A stretch of DNA of 64,000 nt from an uncultured delta proteobacterium (lineage in GTDB: Bacteria; Desulfobacterota; Desulfuromonadia; Geobacterales; DSM-12255): positions 1 to 64,000 of the forward strand of contig CAWBBV010000005.1 in the NCBI GenBank assembly GCA_963787125.1. The letters are read 5' to 3'. Positions 24,885 through 33,975 of this stretch are shown here, piece by piece. Both the position numbers and the translations under genes were made by a program. Position 1 is the first letter of the stretch. Every line of letters begins with the position of its first letter. The notes below the pieces were generated by a model. It saw only the letters and a list, made by a program, of their open reading frames with translations. It was not told the origin of the DNA and did no database searches.

Positions 24885-24931
24885 GTTCAACCAAGCGCAG
24901 CAGCGGTGAACCCGCTGTGCTCTCAGCCGTT
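24885..24931 (+). repeat. attC site 2 (R' box split by an intron; completed by GAGC at 27182-27185)
   Basis: GTTCAAC-caagc-GCA(G)CAGCGG-tgaac-CCGCTGTGC-tctcagcc-GTT|GAGC; very similar to attC6. Confidence 0.85.
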
Positions 24932-27181
24932 GTCGCGACACGATGTCGCGTTGATGACTGTCTGGCTGAATGATGATTATTCTGACCAGACCCCGTGTTC
25001 CCCCGCGGGTATCCTAGGAAGGCGTGCTGCCATGGTGCATCCATGCTGGTGCGGAGCCCTTCCAACAATGTAGCCGAATTCCGCTGTTGCGGGAGGGGCG
25101 GAAACCGTGAGGCGACCGCCCTCCTGGAAGCCTTGATCCGGGTGAGGGCTAGGATTCAAAGGTGATATGGTCAACACAAGTGAACGTTCGCTCGCGCCGT
25201 CAAGGGGAGCAAGCCAAATGAGGCTGACAGGCTTGAACCAAAAGGTATGCAGCCGGTCAGGGGATGTAACGGTGCCCCTGCGGGGACAATAGTGCTGCCG
25301 GTGTACAGAATGGACCTAAGTCACCCATCGTCAGAGACGTGGAACGTGGAAACCCCGTATTTCCGCTCCGGTAGACTGGAGCAGGTGAAACCGTAAGGCA
25401 CACTGTCGGGAGTGCGGGAGTAAGAGGCCGGAAGAAGCGAATGCCGCCCTGTAATGGGACGGATACGGGTTGAAACATCACTCGGCCCGAAAGGGAGCTG
25501 ACGTCCAATGCCGGTGCTCCATTGCGAGATCGTTTGGAGAATCTTCCTTGGGAGGGAAAGCAAATGGCGGCAATCGCAAGATTGACTGGTGCACCCTCCG
25601 CCAGCGGCAACGACTGGAAAGCCATAAACTGGCAGAAAGCCCGCCGCGAAGTCCGAAGACTGCAAATCCGTATCGCAAAGGCTGTCAGGGAAGGTCGCCG
25701 CGGCAGAGTGAAAACCCTGCAATGGCTTCTGACCCACTCGTTTGCCGGCAAAGCATTAGCCGTCAAACGGGTTGTTTCCAATCGAGGAAGAAAAACCCCC
25801 GGCGTGGACGGAGCAATCTGGTACACGCCGAAGCAGAGAATGAAAGCTGTACACACCTTGCAACGTCGCGGTTATCAAGCCCGGCCACTACGGCGGGTCT
25901 ACATACCGAAGAAGAACGGCAAGATGCGCCCTTTGGGTATCCCCACCATGCATGACAGGGCTATGCAAGCGCTTTACGCACAAGCACTGTTACCGGTGGC
26001 CGAGACTAAGGGTGATCCCAATTCATACGGATTCCGCCCGTATCGAAGTTGCGCCGACGCCATCCACCAATGCTACATCGGACTGGCAAAGAAGTACTCG
26101 GCACAATGGATACTGGAAGGAGACATCAAAGCCTGTTTCGACGAGATTGGCCATGACTGGCTCATGAGCAATATCCCCATGGATCGTCTTATGCTCCGGC
26201 AGTGGCTGAACGCAGGGTACTTCGACGAAGGCAGACTCTATCCGACCAAAGCGGGAACCCCGCAAGGGGGAATCATCTCCCCGCTCTTGGCCAACATGAC
26301 TCTGGACGGTCTGGAAGCGGCAGTAAAAGCCGTCACCCCTTACCGCACCAAAGTCAACGTTATCCGCTACGCCGACGACTTCGTCATCACCGGGAAGACG
26401 AAAGAACTTCTCGAAGAGACGATCAAACCAGCGGTAGAAAGGTTTCTTCAAGAAAGAGGTCTCACCCTCTCCCCGGAGAAAACCCGGATAACGCGGATAG
26501 AGGACGGATTCGACTTTCTGGGGCAACACCCGCGCAAGTACAGCGGGAAGTTCCTAACGAAACCGGCCAGGAGCAACTACAGAACCATCCTGACCAGAAT
26601 CAGGGAGACGATCCGGAAATTCTCGGCAATGAAAGCCGGTGATATGATCCGCGCCTTGAATCCGATCATTCGGGGCTGGAGCAACTATCACCGGAACATC
26701 GCCGCAAAAGCCACCTTCGCCGCACTGGACAGCCAAATCTACCGCTACCTGCGGGATTGGGCAAGGAGAAGGCATCCGCACAAGGGGAAGCGCTGGCTGA
26801 CGAAGACATACTGGCACAGCACCCCCGTGAGCACGTACTTCTCCGTGATGGAGAAAACCCCGGAAGGAAAACGCCGGGTAACACTCATTCACGCTACCAG
26901 CACCAAGATCGAGAGACACATCAAGATTCGCGGTGCCGCCAATCCCTTCGACCCGGAGTATGAAGCATACTTCAAGGCGCGAAGAGCCGAGCAACAAAGA
27001 AGGCGAGCAGGTCGCGCCGCCCGAAAAGCGGCGTGAAGGGACAACAACACCGAGGAAAGAAGCAGATAGCCGGGTATCCCGAGAGGGAGATTACTTTGGA
27101 GGGCTTGAGCCGTATGACGGGAAACTGTCACGTACGGTTCTGAGGGGGGAAAGGAGCCGAAAGGCTCCTGACCTACCCGGT
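24932..27181 (+). mobile_element. Group II intron, CL1/IIB-like, inserted in the attC R' box
   Basis: Domain V GAGCCGTATGACGGGAAACTGTCACGTACGGTTC at 27107-27140, domain VI with bulged A, RT ORF; removal restores GTTGAGC; boundaries uncertain by 1 nt. Confidence 0.88.
25564..27036 (+). CDS. ltrA: Group II intron reverse transcriptase/maturase (CL1-like, no HNH domain seen)
   Basis: WKAINWQKARREVRRLQ N-terminus, TPGVDG, RPLGIP, GTPQGG, RYADD, LNPIIRGWSNY, ANPFDPEYEAYF. Confidence 0.92.
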   Translation: MAAIARLTGAPSASGNDWKAINWQKARREVRRLQIRIAKAVREGRRGRVKTLQWLLTHSFAGKALAVKRVVSNRGRKTPGVDGAIWYTPKQRMKAVHTLQRRGYQARPLRRVYIPKKNGKMRPLGIPTMHDRAMQALYAQALLPVAETKGDPNSYGFRPYRSCADAIHQCYIGLAKKYSAQWILEGDIKACFDEIGHDWLMSNIPMDRLMLRQWLNAGYFDEGRLYPTKAGTPQGGIISPLLANMTLDGLEAAVKAVTPYRTKVNVIRYADDFVITGKTKELLEETIKPAVERFLQERGLTLSPEKTRITRIEDGFDFLGQHPRKYSGKFLTKPARSNYRTILTRIRETIRKFSAMKAGDMIRALNPIIRGWSNYHRNIAAKATFAALDSQIYRYLRDWARRRHPHKGKRWLTKTYWHSTPVSTYFSVMEKTPEGKRRVTLIHATSTKIERHIKIRGAANPFDPEYEAYFKARRAEQQRRRAGRAARKAA

Positions 27182-27197
27182 GAGCAAAGAAAAATAA

Positions 27198-27557
27198 ATG
27201 GCTGAAAAAGCATTTTTGAAATCATGGTGGTGGCAATCTCTTGCGTCGTTCCTGATCTTGGTGACGGGAATTATCTTTTGGAGGCTTTTTCTCGTCGGAT
27301 ACATCTACGAACGCCTACATATTGGTATAGGACTTGGAGGAGCTGTCTATCCTGCATTATTCGCACTTCCTGTGCTGGGAGGAGCAGCAGTCTGGCAATG
27401 CCTGATAAGAAGCAGGATAAAAGCAATTTCAGGCATGGAAATCATTTTCATGACTGCAGTGATCCCATCGATAATCACAATCTGCTGTCTTTTCATATTT
27501 TGCCCAACTGATTCCGGTAACTGGCTTCCCGGACTTTTGTTCGTCAAAGGCAAGTAG
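27198..27557 (+). CDS. Cassette ORF, small multi-TM membrane protein
   Basis: 119 aa with three hydrophobic segments; starts 12 bp after the restored R' box. Confidence 0.7.
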   Translation: MAEKAFLKSWWWQSLASFLILVTGIIFWRLFLVGYIYERLHIGIGLGGAVYPALFALPVLGGAAVWQCLIRSRIKAISGMEIIFMTAVIPSIITICCLFIFCPTDSGNWLPGLLFVKGK

Positions 27558-27743
27558 AAAGATGAGACTTAAGCACCGAGCAATAGTTTGGACAATAGTT
27601 GCCATATTTGCATCTTTACTCACATCACTTGGTATTGCCACATCTGTGTATCTATTTAATGCGGTTATTTTAGGTAACCAAGATAGAGGAAGCGCAACAG
27701 TCATCGAAGCAATAAAGTTTTGTATTTATTATCTGCCATTTAT

Positions 27744-29417
27744 CCCCAATCCGCAAAACTATTGGGTTAATATAGTGTAACATGCTATAATCCTTCACAT
27801 AATTGTAGTGAAGGAGCTCACCCGAATGGTGAAAGACAATCTCGGTTTTCAGTATGTAGCAGCCCGACAGACGCTAACTTCCGTAGCAGGATTGGAGCTG
27901 CTCACCACCCTCATACGCCGTCTCGATCTGATTCGAGCCATCAGAAACGAAGTGCGGGTCAAGAAGATCGACTACGGCTTCCGGGAAGAGGAACATCTAA
28001 TCCCGCTGTTACTAAACATTTCCTTACGCCGGACCAGCTACACTGATCTTGCCTGGCTGGCACGGGAAGAGAAACTGCTCAAGAAATCGCTCGGCTTTGG
28101 CAAACTCCCCAAAGAGCGAGCTGTTGCCATGCATCTGGAGAAATATGGCAAAGAGGAAATAACCGGTCTCAAGCGGGTCGGCGCAAAGATTGTTTCCCAG
28201 GCAACCATCACTGCTGAACCGGGAGCTGAAGGTTACATCCCTTGCGATATTGATCCAAGTATTTTTGAGCAGTTTGCGCCCAAACGAGAAGGTGCTCAAA
28301 CCACATACAACGGCAAACTCTGCTATACCCCCGTATTTGCTGTTGTAGGTCGCGAACGGTTCTGCATCAATCACTGGCTGTTGCCAGGACGAGAGAAAGC
28401 TGTCGAACGGATTGACGAATTCATCAGGGAAACGGCAGAGCTGCTCCCCGAGAAAATAGATCGGAACAAGCTCCTGTTTCGCTACGATGCCGGGCTTTAC
28501 AGCATCAAAACTGTTCAAGCCAGCGAAGATGCTAAAGCATACTATCTGGTCAAGGCCCGAGCCAGCGGCGCATTGGATCGAGTGGTAAACGAGAATCTCG
28601 ATGTCGATGTTATGAGCCTCAAAGTCACTGACTTCGGCGGCGAGTTTTACGGAGAATTCGAGTACACCCCAAGCGGCTGGAAAACTCCCCGCCGTTTCGT
28701 CTTCTGTGTTCAGATCAAGTCCGTAGACGAAAAAGGGGAGCCACTGCTGATCAATGATGTCCGCTATCACGTACTGGCCACCAACCTGCCCAAAGATGTT
28801 ACCCCGCAGCGGGCATTCGAACTCTATCGGGGACGTGGAGCGGCAGAGGAGGCAAACAAAGAGCTTAAGCACGATCTGGACCTGGAACGGTTTCCCTCCC
28901 AGACCTTCAGTGTCAACGAAGTATTCCTTACATTGGGAACCATGGCCTACAATCTGCTAATTTTGCTGGGCCAGCAGTGGCGGGATGAAACTGGTGATAT
29001 AGAGACGGACAGTCAGGCAACACCAGTGCGGCGGCGGATCAAGACCATTCAGGATTATCTGCTGCGTAGTGCGGCAATCGTGGTCAATCATGCTCGCAAG
29101 AACCTGCTAAAAGTCAACGGCTGGTGGCTGGAGAAACTTCGCCCTGACAGGATTCAGGCAAGAATCGGCAGGCTTCAGCCGGTAACCTGCTAAAGAAAAG
29201 CTGAAAACGAGATTGTCAAAGAACAAAAAAGCAAGAACAAGGGGGCAGTTCGTCTTCAGTCCGGCAAAAAACATCGTCTGAAGAGGCAAATAGCGCGTCA
29301 CTTTTTGAATTTTAGAGAAAATATGTGTTTTCGACTCCCATCAAAGGGAGCTCACTGAAAAAATACCCCCGAACTCACGCTGCCTGAATGTGTCCGGCAG
29401 AGATTTGCGGATTCGGG
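27744..29417 (+). mobile_element. IS1380-family insertion sequence
   Basis: 17-bp terminal IRs (CCCCAATCCGCAAAACT / CCCGAATCCGCAAATCT, 15/17 match); 5-bp target duplication TTTAT at 27739-27743 and 29418-29422. Confidence 0.88.
27808..29193 (+). CDS. DDE transposase, IS1380 family
   Basis: LTSVAGL, DIDPS, RYDAGLYS, LATNL, YRGRGAAEEANKELK, AYNL. Confidence 0.88.
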   Translation: MKELTRMVKDNLGFQYVAARQTLTSVAGLELLTTLIRRLDLIRAIRNEVRVKKIDYGFREEEHLIPLLLNISLRRTSYTDLAWLAREEKLLKKSLGFGKLPKERAVAMHLEKYGKEEITGLKRVGAKIVSQATITAEPGAEGYIPCDIDPSIFEQFAPKREGAQTTYNGKLCYTPVFAVVGRERFCINHWLLPGREKAVERIDEFIRETAELLPEKIDRNKLLFRYDAGLYSIKTVQASEDAKAYYLVKARASGALDRVVNENLDVDVMSLKVTDFGGEFYGEFEYTPSGWKTPRRFVFCVQIKSVDEKGEPLLINDVRYHVLATNLPKDVTPQRAFELYRGRGAAEEANKELKHDLDLERFPSQTFSVNEVFLTLGTMAYNLLILLGQQWRDETGDIETDSQATPVRRRIKTIQDYLLRSAAIVVNHARKNLLKVNGWWLEKLRPDRIQARIGRLQPVTC

Positions 29418-29491
29418 TTTATCGCATTTATCGCCTTCGAGCTGTATTTCTACAGAAGGAAAATAAGGCCAAATACAACGGAAAAGCTCCA

Positions 29492-31391
29492 ATCGGGTAG
29501 CCGGGGGTTTTTCTCCCCCAGCCCCCACACCACCCGGCATGCGGGTCCGCACCGGGCGGTTCGATAGAATTACCGGGCCGTAGCCGGGTAGTGAAGCTTC
29601 ACCCACAGTTCTTTGACAGATAATAAGCCTTGATCCTTCAGACATTTGTTGGTCAAACCGGTATGAGCAGCCAATCTTCGGGACATCGCCCACGGGCCGC
29701 TTCTATTCAGGCCCGCTCGGATGGCGGTGCCAAGTTGCGTACCAAGTGCCAGTAGATTCTTGATCTTGGTACGACACCAGCGCCACTGCTTCCAGTAGCA
29801 GAGCCGTATCCTGCGCCGTATCCAGCCGTCTATTTCCGGGATTTCACGGTAATACTCCGAGATTCCGAAGTACCCCATCCAGCCACGGAGATATTGAGCC
29901 AGTTTGTACATCCGGTACTTCATGGAGACCCGCCAGCTTCTTCCGGTGTACTGCTTGACTCGGCGTCTGAACTCCTTGTATGCCTTGTCAGACCAGATGA
30001 TGCGGGTTCCGCTGAAGATGAAGCCAAGGAAGTCTATGCGGGATGTTCTTGCTACCGCACTCTTGGTCTCATTGACTGTGAGTTTGAGTTTGCTGGTCAG
30101 GAAGGTTTTCATTCCTTCCATTACCCGGTCGCCGGCGCGCTGGCTTTTGACGAGGATGACGAAGTCGTCTGCATAGCGGACGAATTTGTGACCGCGTTTC
30201 TCAAGTTCTTTGTCCAGTGTGTCGAGCAGGATGTTGGCTAGAAGCGGCGAGAGTGGGCCACCCTGGGGGACACCCAGTCTGGTCTTTTCAAGACGCCCTT
30301 TTACCTCTACACCTGCCCGTAAGTACTTGCCGATCAGGGCTAGTACCCGCTTGTCGTGAACTTTCTTGCTCACAAGGTGCATGAGCAGATCATGGTTGAC
30401 CGTGTCGAAGAACTTGGCAAGGTCAATATCCACGGCAATCCGGTATCCCTGCTGGATGTACTCCCGCACCTTTCGGACAGCATCTTTTGCTGACCGACGG
30501 GGACGGAAACCGAAGCTCGATGCGGAGAAGTCCGGATCGAAGATCGGTGTCAACACTTGGGCAATGGACTGTTGGATCAGCCGGTCAAGTACAGTGGGTA
30601 TCCCCAGCGGACGGGTTCCACCCGTTGCTTTGGGAATCTCTACCCGCTTTACCGGCAAAGGTTGGTAACTGCCTGTCATTAGCGATTCGCGAATAGTGTT
30701 CCAGTGAGAACGGGTATGGTCGGGGAATTGTTCGATGGTGATGCCATCGACGCCGGGTGCGCCCTTATTGGCTTTGACCCGTTTCCACGCTTGCTCCATG
30801 TTCGCACTGGAGAGTATCCGCTCCAGTAGGTGCTGCTCAGGGGTTGGCTGATCAATGACGCGCTCCATGGGCATTCCCCCGGACGGGTTCGATATGTCAT
30901 GAAAGCTCATTGGTGCTACTCCCCTTTGCTATCGTTCGGCCCTTTGGCGGGGTAAGGCTTCCCGGACTCTCCCGGGCTTGTTTCCAGTTGCCGGATCGCT
31001 TGCGGCAACGTCCTTCGCCTACTATGGCTTCTGCTGACTTCTGCTCCATCACGGCAGCTGTTACCAGATGCCGCGCCATCAGGAATCAATGGCATGCGGA
31101 GCAGATCTCCCCGGATAAGAACGTGAACTGTGGCTACACAACCGCAGCATTTACCATTTCTCCTGAACCCGAGGGACTTCGTCATGTTGTGCTGACTTGC
31201 CCGGATGATGGCCTTGTATGCTGTTTCTGTTCGTCGGCTCATAGCTTTGCGCTCCGGCTTCCTCCAGACCCCTCCTCGCGGAGACGCCCTTGCCTTCGGC
31301 TAGTACTTGGTTTACGCTGTCATCGCGACAGTGTTGGATTCACCGTACAGGGGACTTGCACCCCATAAGTTCACGCCCATGACGGGCGTAC
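29492..31391 (-). mobile_element. Group IIC-attC intron, copy 1
   Basis: 5' GTACGCCCGTCATGGGCGTG, short domain V GAACCGCCCGGTGCGGACCCGCATGCCGGGTGGTG, 3' CTACCCGAT; inserted at A|AC on the bottom strand. Confidence 0.92.
29570..30910 (-). CDS. ltrA: Group IIC intron reverse transcriptase/maturase
   Basis: NKGAPGVDG, RPLGIP, GVPQGGPLSP, RYADD, RRRIRLCYWKQW; start may be 30874 or 30868. Confidence 0.93.
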   Translation of the reverse strand: MSFHDISNPSGGMPMERVIDQPTPEQHLLERILSSANMEQAWKRVKANKGAPGVDGITIEQFPDHTRSHWNTIRESLMTGSYQPLPVKRVEIPKATGGTRPLGIPTVLDRLIQQSIAQVLTPIFDPDFSASSFGFRPRRSAKDAVRKVREYIQQGYRIAVDIDLAKFFDTVNHDLLMHLVSKKVHDKRVLALIGKYLRAGVEVKGRLEKTRLGVPQGGPLSPLLANILLDTLDKELEKRGHKFVRYADDFVILVKSQRAGDRVMEGMKTFLTSKLKLTVNETKSAVARTSRIDFLGFIFSGTRIIWSDKAYKEFRRRVKQYTGRSWRVSMKYRMYKLAQYLRGWMGYFGISEYYREIPEIDGWIRRRIRLCYWKQWRWCRTKIKNLLALGTQLGTAIRAGLNRSGPWAMSRRLAAHTGLTNKCLKDQGLLSVKELWVKLHYPATAR

Positions 31392-31442
31392 ACCAACGCT
31401 ATGCACCCGTCAAGCGGGTGATGCTATTACGTTGATCAAAAA

Positions 31443-31991
31443 ATGAGGAGAAAAATGAAATATCTCTGCATGCTCCTTTCGATTCTTTTCCTCTGGTTCG
31501 CCACGAACGTATTTGCCGCCAATATCCCCTCTCAAACCGAAACGCCTGAAGATGTCGTGAAATTGCTATATCGGAACTTTAGCTGGGAAATCACGACTGA
31601 CAATAACTCAAAAGCAATTCTAGTGGATCAATCAACAAGTGTGCTGAGGCGATACTTCACCCCAAAATTGGCAGGACTGATAATCAAAGACAGAAAGTAT
31701 GTAACAAAAACAAAGGAAGTCGGGCACATTGACTTTGTCCTACTCTGTGGCAGCCAAGACCCTGACGGAATCCGCAACATCAGGATAAGTCAAAAGCCAG
31801 GAAAGAATATTGTGGCAGTTACTTACGATCAAAACAGCGAAAAAGACATTATGAAAATCGATTTTGATACCGTTAAAACCGAGAGCGGATGGCGAATTTC
31901 AGACGTCCATTACAAAAGCAAAAAATCCAAGGCATTTCCTGATGCAGGGGTTGACTTCTCGCTACAAAATCTCCTGTCTCAGCCTTATTAG
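31443..31991 (+). CDS. Cassette ORF, secreted protein (DUF3828-like)
   Basis: Signal peptide, TPEDVVKLLY...YFTPKL...IDFVLLCGSQD...GWRISDV; start may be 31455. Confidence 0.7.
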   Translation: MRRKMKYLCMLLSILFLWFATNVFAANIPSQTETPEDVVKLLYRNFSWEITTDNNSKAILVDQSTSVLRRYFTPKLAGLIIKDRKYVTKTKEVGHIDFVLLCGSQDPDGIRNIRISQKPGKNIVAVTYDQNSEKDIMKIDFDTVKTESGWRISDVHYKSKKSKAFPDAGVDFSLQNLLSQPY

Positions 31992-32046
31992 ACGATAGCT
32001 ACGGAATAATCGAATGATTAACGAGTTGATTTTCAGGGGTGCTAAA

Positions 32047-32586
32047 GTGATAAATCGAGTTTTATTCAGTAGCTTGGTTCTGATGATCGGTTTCTGTTTG
32101 ATAGGGAATATTGTTTCGGCTGAAATGCCGGAAATGCCTCTATATGACAAGTACTTGGGCTGTGGAAAAGACAATCTGATAAAATCTATTTCAACATATG
32201 ACGAAGACAACTCTTCAAAAGTGCCAGGTACATTGGAAGTGACTTCGGGTAAAAAGAAAATTATTTTACCTTATGATGAAATGGTTGCTGAAGGACCTGG
32301 TGCATCATGGATGAGGGACTATTACTTTAAAAATGGAAAAGTAATTGCAATTACTTACGAAGGGAGGAGCATTCTCGGAGCAAAAAAGGATTCTGACAAC
32401 TTCTTTACGTATTTATTAAAAAAACACCGCGATAATGGCTATAAAGTATTAAGGAAATCAGGTAATACATCTGCGGAAATGGAGAAAGGCAAAGTGCATT
32501 TCAATTTAATAATTAGCGACAAATATGGAACCAATTCGGAAATGTGGAAAGTTGAATATGGTTATGAATACTTTCTGACTCCTTAA
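32047..32586 (+). CDS. Cassette ORF, secreted hypothetical protein
   Basis: GTG start after AGGGGT, signal peptide ending VSA; stop just before attC4. Confidence 0.7.
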   Translation: MINRVLFSSLVLMIGFCLIGNIVSAEMPEMPLYDKYLGCGKDNLIKSISTYDEDNSSKVPGTLEVTSGKKKIILPYDEMVAEGPGASWMRDYYFKNGKVIAITYEGRSILGAKKDSDNFFTYLLKKHRDNGYKVLRKSGNTSAEMEKGKVHFNLIISDKYGTNSEMWKVEYGYEYFLTP

Positions 32587-32598
32587 AACATGGATCAA

Positions 32599-32656
32599 TC
32601 TCAACCAGACAGAAGCACCGGCCAAAAACCGCCGGTGTTCTGCCCAGCCGTTGGGC
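32599..32656 (+). repeat. attC site 4
   Basis: TCTCAAC-cagac-AGAA(G)CACCGGC-loop-GCCGGTGTTCT-gcccagcc-GTTGGGC. Confidence 0.85.
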
Positions 32657-32665
32657 AACACAAAC

Positions 32666-33001
32666 ATGAAAGGATCAAAACATCATATGTTTCGTTTTTA
32701 TTTAATATCGTCGATATTCGCGACAATTCTTTATACATCTGGGTGCACAACCTTAACACCACGAGAGAATTTCATAAGCTTTAGAAACTGCGACATCGGC
32801 ACACATATTAGCCAACTGGGCGTTGGAGATAAGCTTGGAGAGAAAACGCGGACTCTTGAGAATGGAAATGTTGAATATACCCGTGATTATTCGAACTGGC
32901 GCGGACGCTGCGTATTTGTAAGAGAGATTGATTCGAAGACTGAGAGAATAGTCGCGTGGCGTACTGAGGGCGACGATATTGGTTGTCAAATAGTTCCTTG
33001 A
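32666..33001 (+). CDS. Cassette ORF, lipoprotein
   Basis: TSGC lipobox-like motif; paralogous to the next ORF. Confidence 0.7.
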   Translation: MKGSKHHMFRFYLISSIFATILYTSGCTTLTPRENFISFRNCDIGTHISQLGVGDKLGEKTRTLENGNVEYTRDYSNWRGRCVFVREIDSKTERIVAWRTEGDDIGCQIVP

Positions 33002-33017
33002 TTAACCGAGGATTATC

Positions 33018-33335
33018 ATGAAAATTGGATTTCTAATTTTGTGTTCAATGCTTTTGTTGCCTGGGTGTACAAGCCTATACATGCGTGAGGCTGCTCCTTA
33101 TCAAAGCTTTAAGAAGAATTTAGGCGAACAATACCCCTCTAGCTCCCTTCCACCCTATTTATCGAAAGAAGTTTGGCTGGGATATGAAATACTGCCAAAC
33201 GGAAATCAAGTAAACCTAGTTGGTGCAGGAGGGCAATGTGTGTTTGCTTTTGAAGTGGATACAAAAGCAAGACGACTGACAGGATGGCGTTTTGCCAGTA
33301 AAGATGCTCCACCGGAATGTATGCCCCGTCCGTGA
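33018..33335 (+). CDS. Cassette ORF, lipoprotein
   Basis: GAGGA RBS, LLPGC lipobox. Confidence 0.75.
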   Translation: MKIGFLILCSMLLLPGCTSLYMREAAPYQSFKKNLGEQYPSSSLPPYLSKEVWLGYEILPNGNQVNLVGAGGQCVFAFEVDTKARRLTGWRFASKDAPPECMPRP

Positions 33336-33346
33336 TTAGGTACCAA

Positions 33347-33408
33347 GCCCAACCACGTCCTTGGACCTGCCCTAAAAAACCGGCAGGTCAAGGCCGACCC
33401 CGTTATAC
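33347..33408 (+). repeat. attC site 5
   Basis: GCCCAAC-cacgt-CCTT(G)GACCTGCC-loop-GGCAGGTCAAGG-ccgacccc-GTTATAC. Confidence 0.88.
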
Positions 33409-33425
33409 CACTGAAAGGATAAGAG

Positions 33426-33896
33426 ATGACTATTATCAAAGATCCGAATGTCGGGGGATCGGCAAGCCCGGCGCTTTTGGCAGGTTTTGAAGAATCAATA
33501 GGTGCAAAATTACCAGAGGATTATAAGGCTTTCGTATTGTCCACAAATGGAGGGACGCCTTCCCCAGATACTTACGTCATCAACGACGGGAAGGAAGAAT
33601 GGGAAAGTAACGTCTTCTTCTATGGACTGCAAACTGGGCCGCATTCTCTTTATTCATTGCCAGCAAATTATGAAGAATACGTCGGCAGAATCCCATCAGG
33701 ACTGATACCGATAGGCAATGATTATGGTGGGAACTTGATCTGCATTTCTATAGGCACAGAAAGTTACGGGCAAATATTCTTTTCACACCACGACTACTTT
33801 TCCTATGACGATGAAGAACCTTCCGACAGTGGAACCCACTTTTTAGCACCATCCTTCTCAGTATTTTATGACAGTCTTCACGAACCAAGTGACTAA
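33426..33896 (+). CDS. Cassette ORF, SMI1/KNR4 (SUKH) family protein
   Basis: FEESIGAKLPEDYKAFVLSTNGG...LIPIGNDYGGNLICI...GQIFFSHHD...LAPSF. Confidence 0.9.
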   Translation: MTIIKDPNVGGSASPALLAGFEESIGAKLPEDYKAFVLSTNGGTPSPDTYVINDGKEEWESNVFFYGLQTGPHSLYSLPANYEEYVGRIPSGLIPIGNDYGGNLICISIGTESYGQIFFSHHDYFSYDDEEPSDSGTHFLAPSFSVFYDSLHEPSD

Positions 33897-33903
33897 GAAC
33901 AAG

Positions 33904-33956
33904 GTATAACCAGACAGAAGCAGCGGTGAACCCGCTGTTCTGCCAAACCGTTCGGC
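33904..33956 (+). repeat. attC site 6 (53 bp)
   Basis: GTATAAC-cagac-AGAA(G)CAGCGG-tgaac-CCGCTGTTCT-gccaaacc-GTTCGGC. Confidence 0.88.
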
Positions 33957-33975
33957 AACACAATCGAGGATATAT

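Larger units (their letters stand above)
27562..29491 (+). pseudogene. Cassette membrane-protein ORF interrupted by an IS1380-family element
   Basis: Removing 27744-29417 and one TTTAT copy restores ...YYLPFIAFIAFELYFYRRKIRPNTTEKL. Confidence 0.7.
29486..31437 (+). repeat. attC site 3 (29486-29491 plus 31392-31437, split by a IIC intron)
   Basis: GCTCCA|ACcaacGCtATgCACCCG-tcaag-CGGGTGATGC-tattac-GTTGATC after intron removal. Confidence 0.75.

Noticed and set aside
28024..28872. Long antisense ORFs (also 39956-40762, 47805-48656, 57105-57917)
   Set aside because: Shadows of well-supported genes on the opposite strand with no recognisable motifs
30897..31368. ORFs in intron 5' regions (also 36334-36949 and 24861-25856)
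   Set aside because: They overlap structured ribozyme domains or are antisense to the RT
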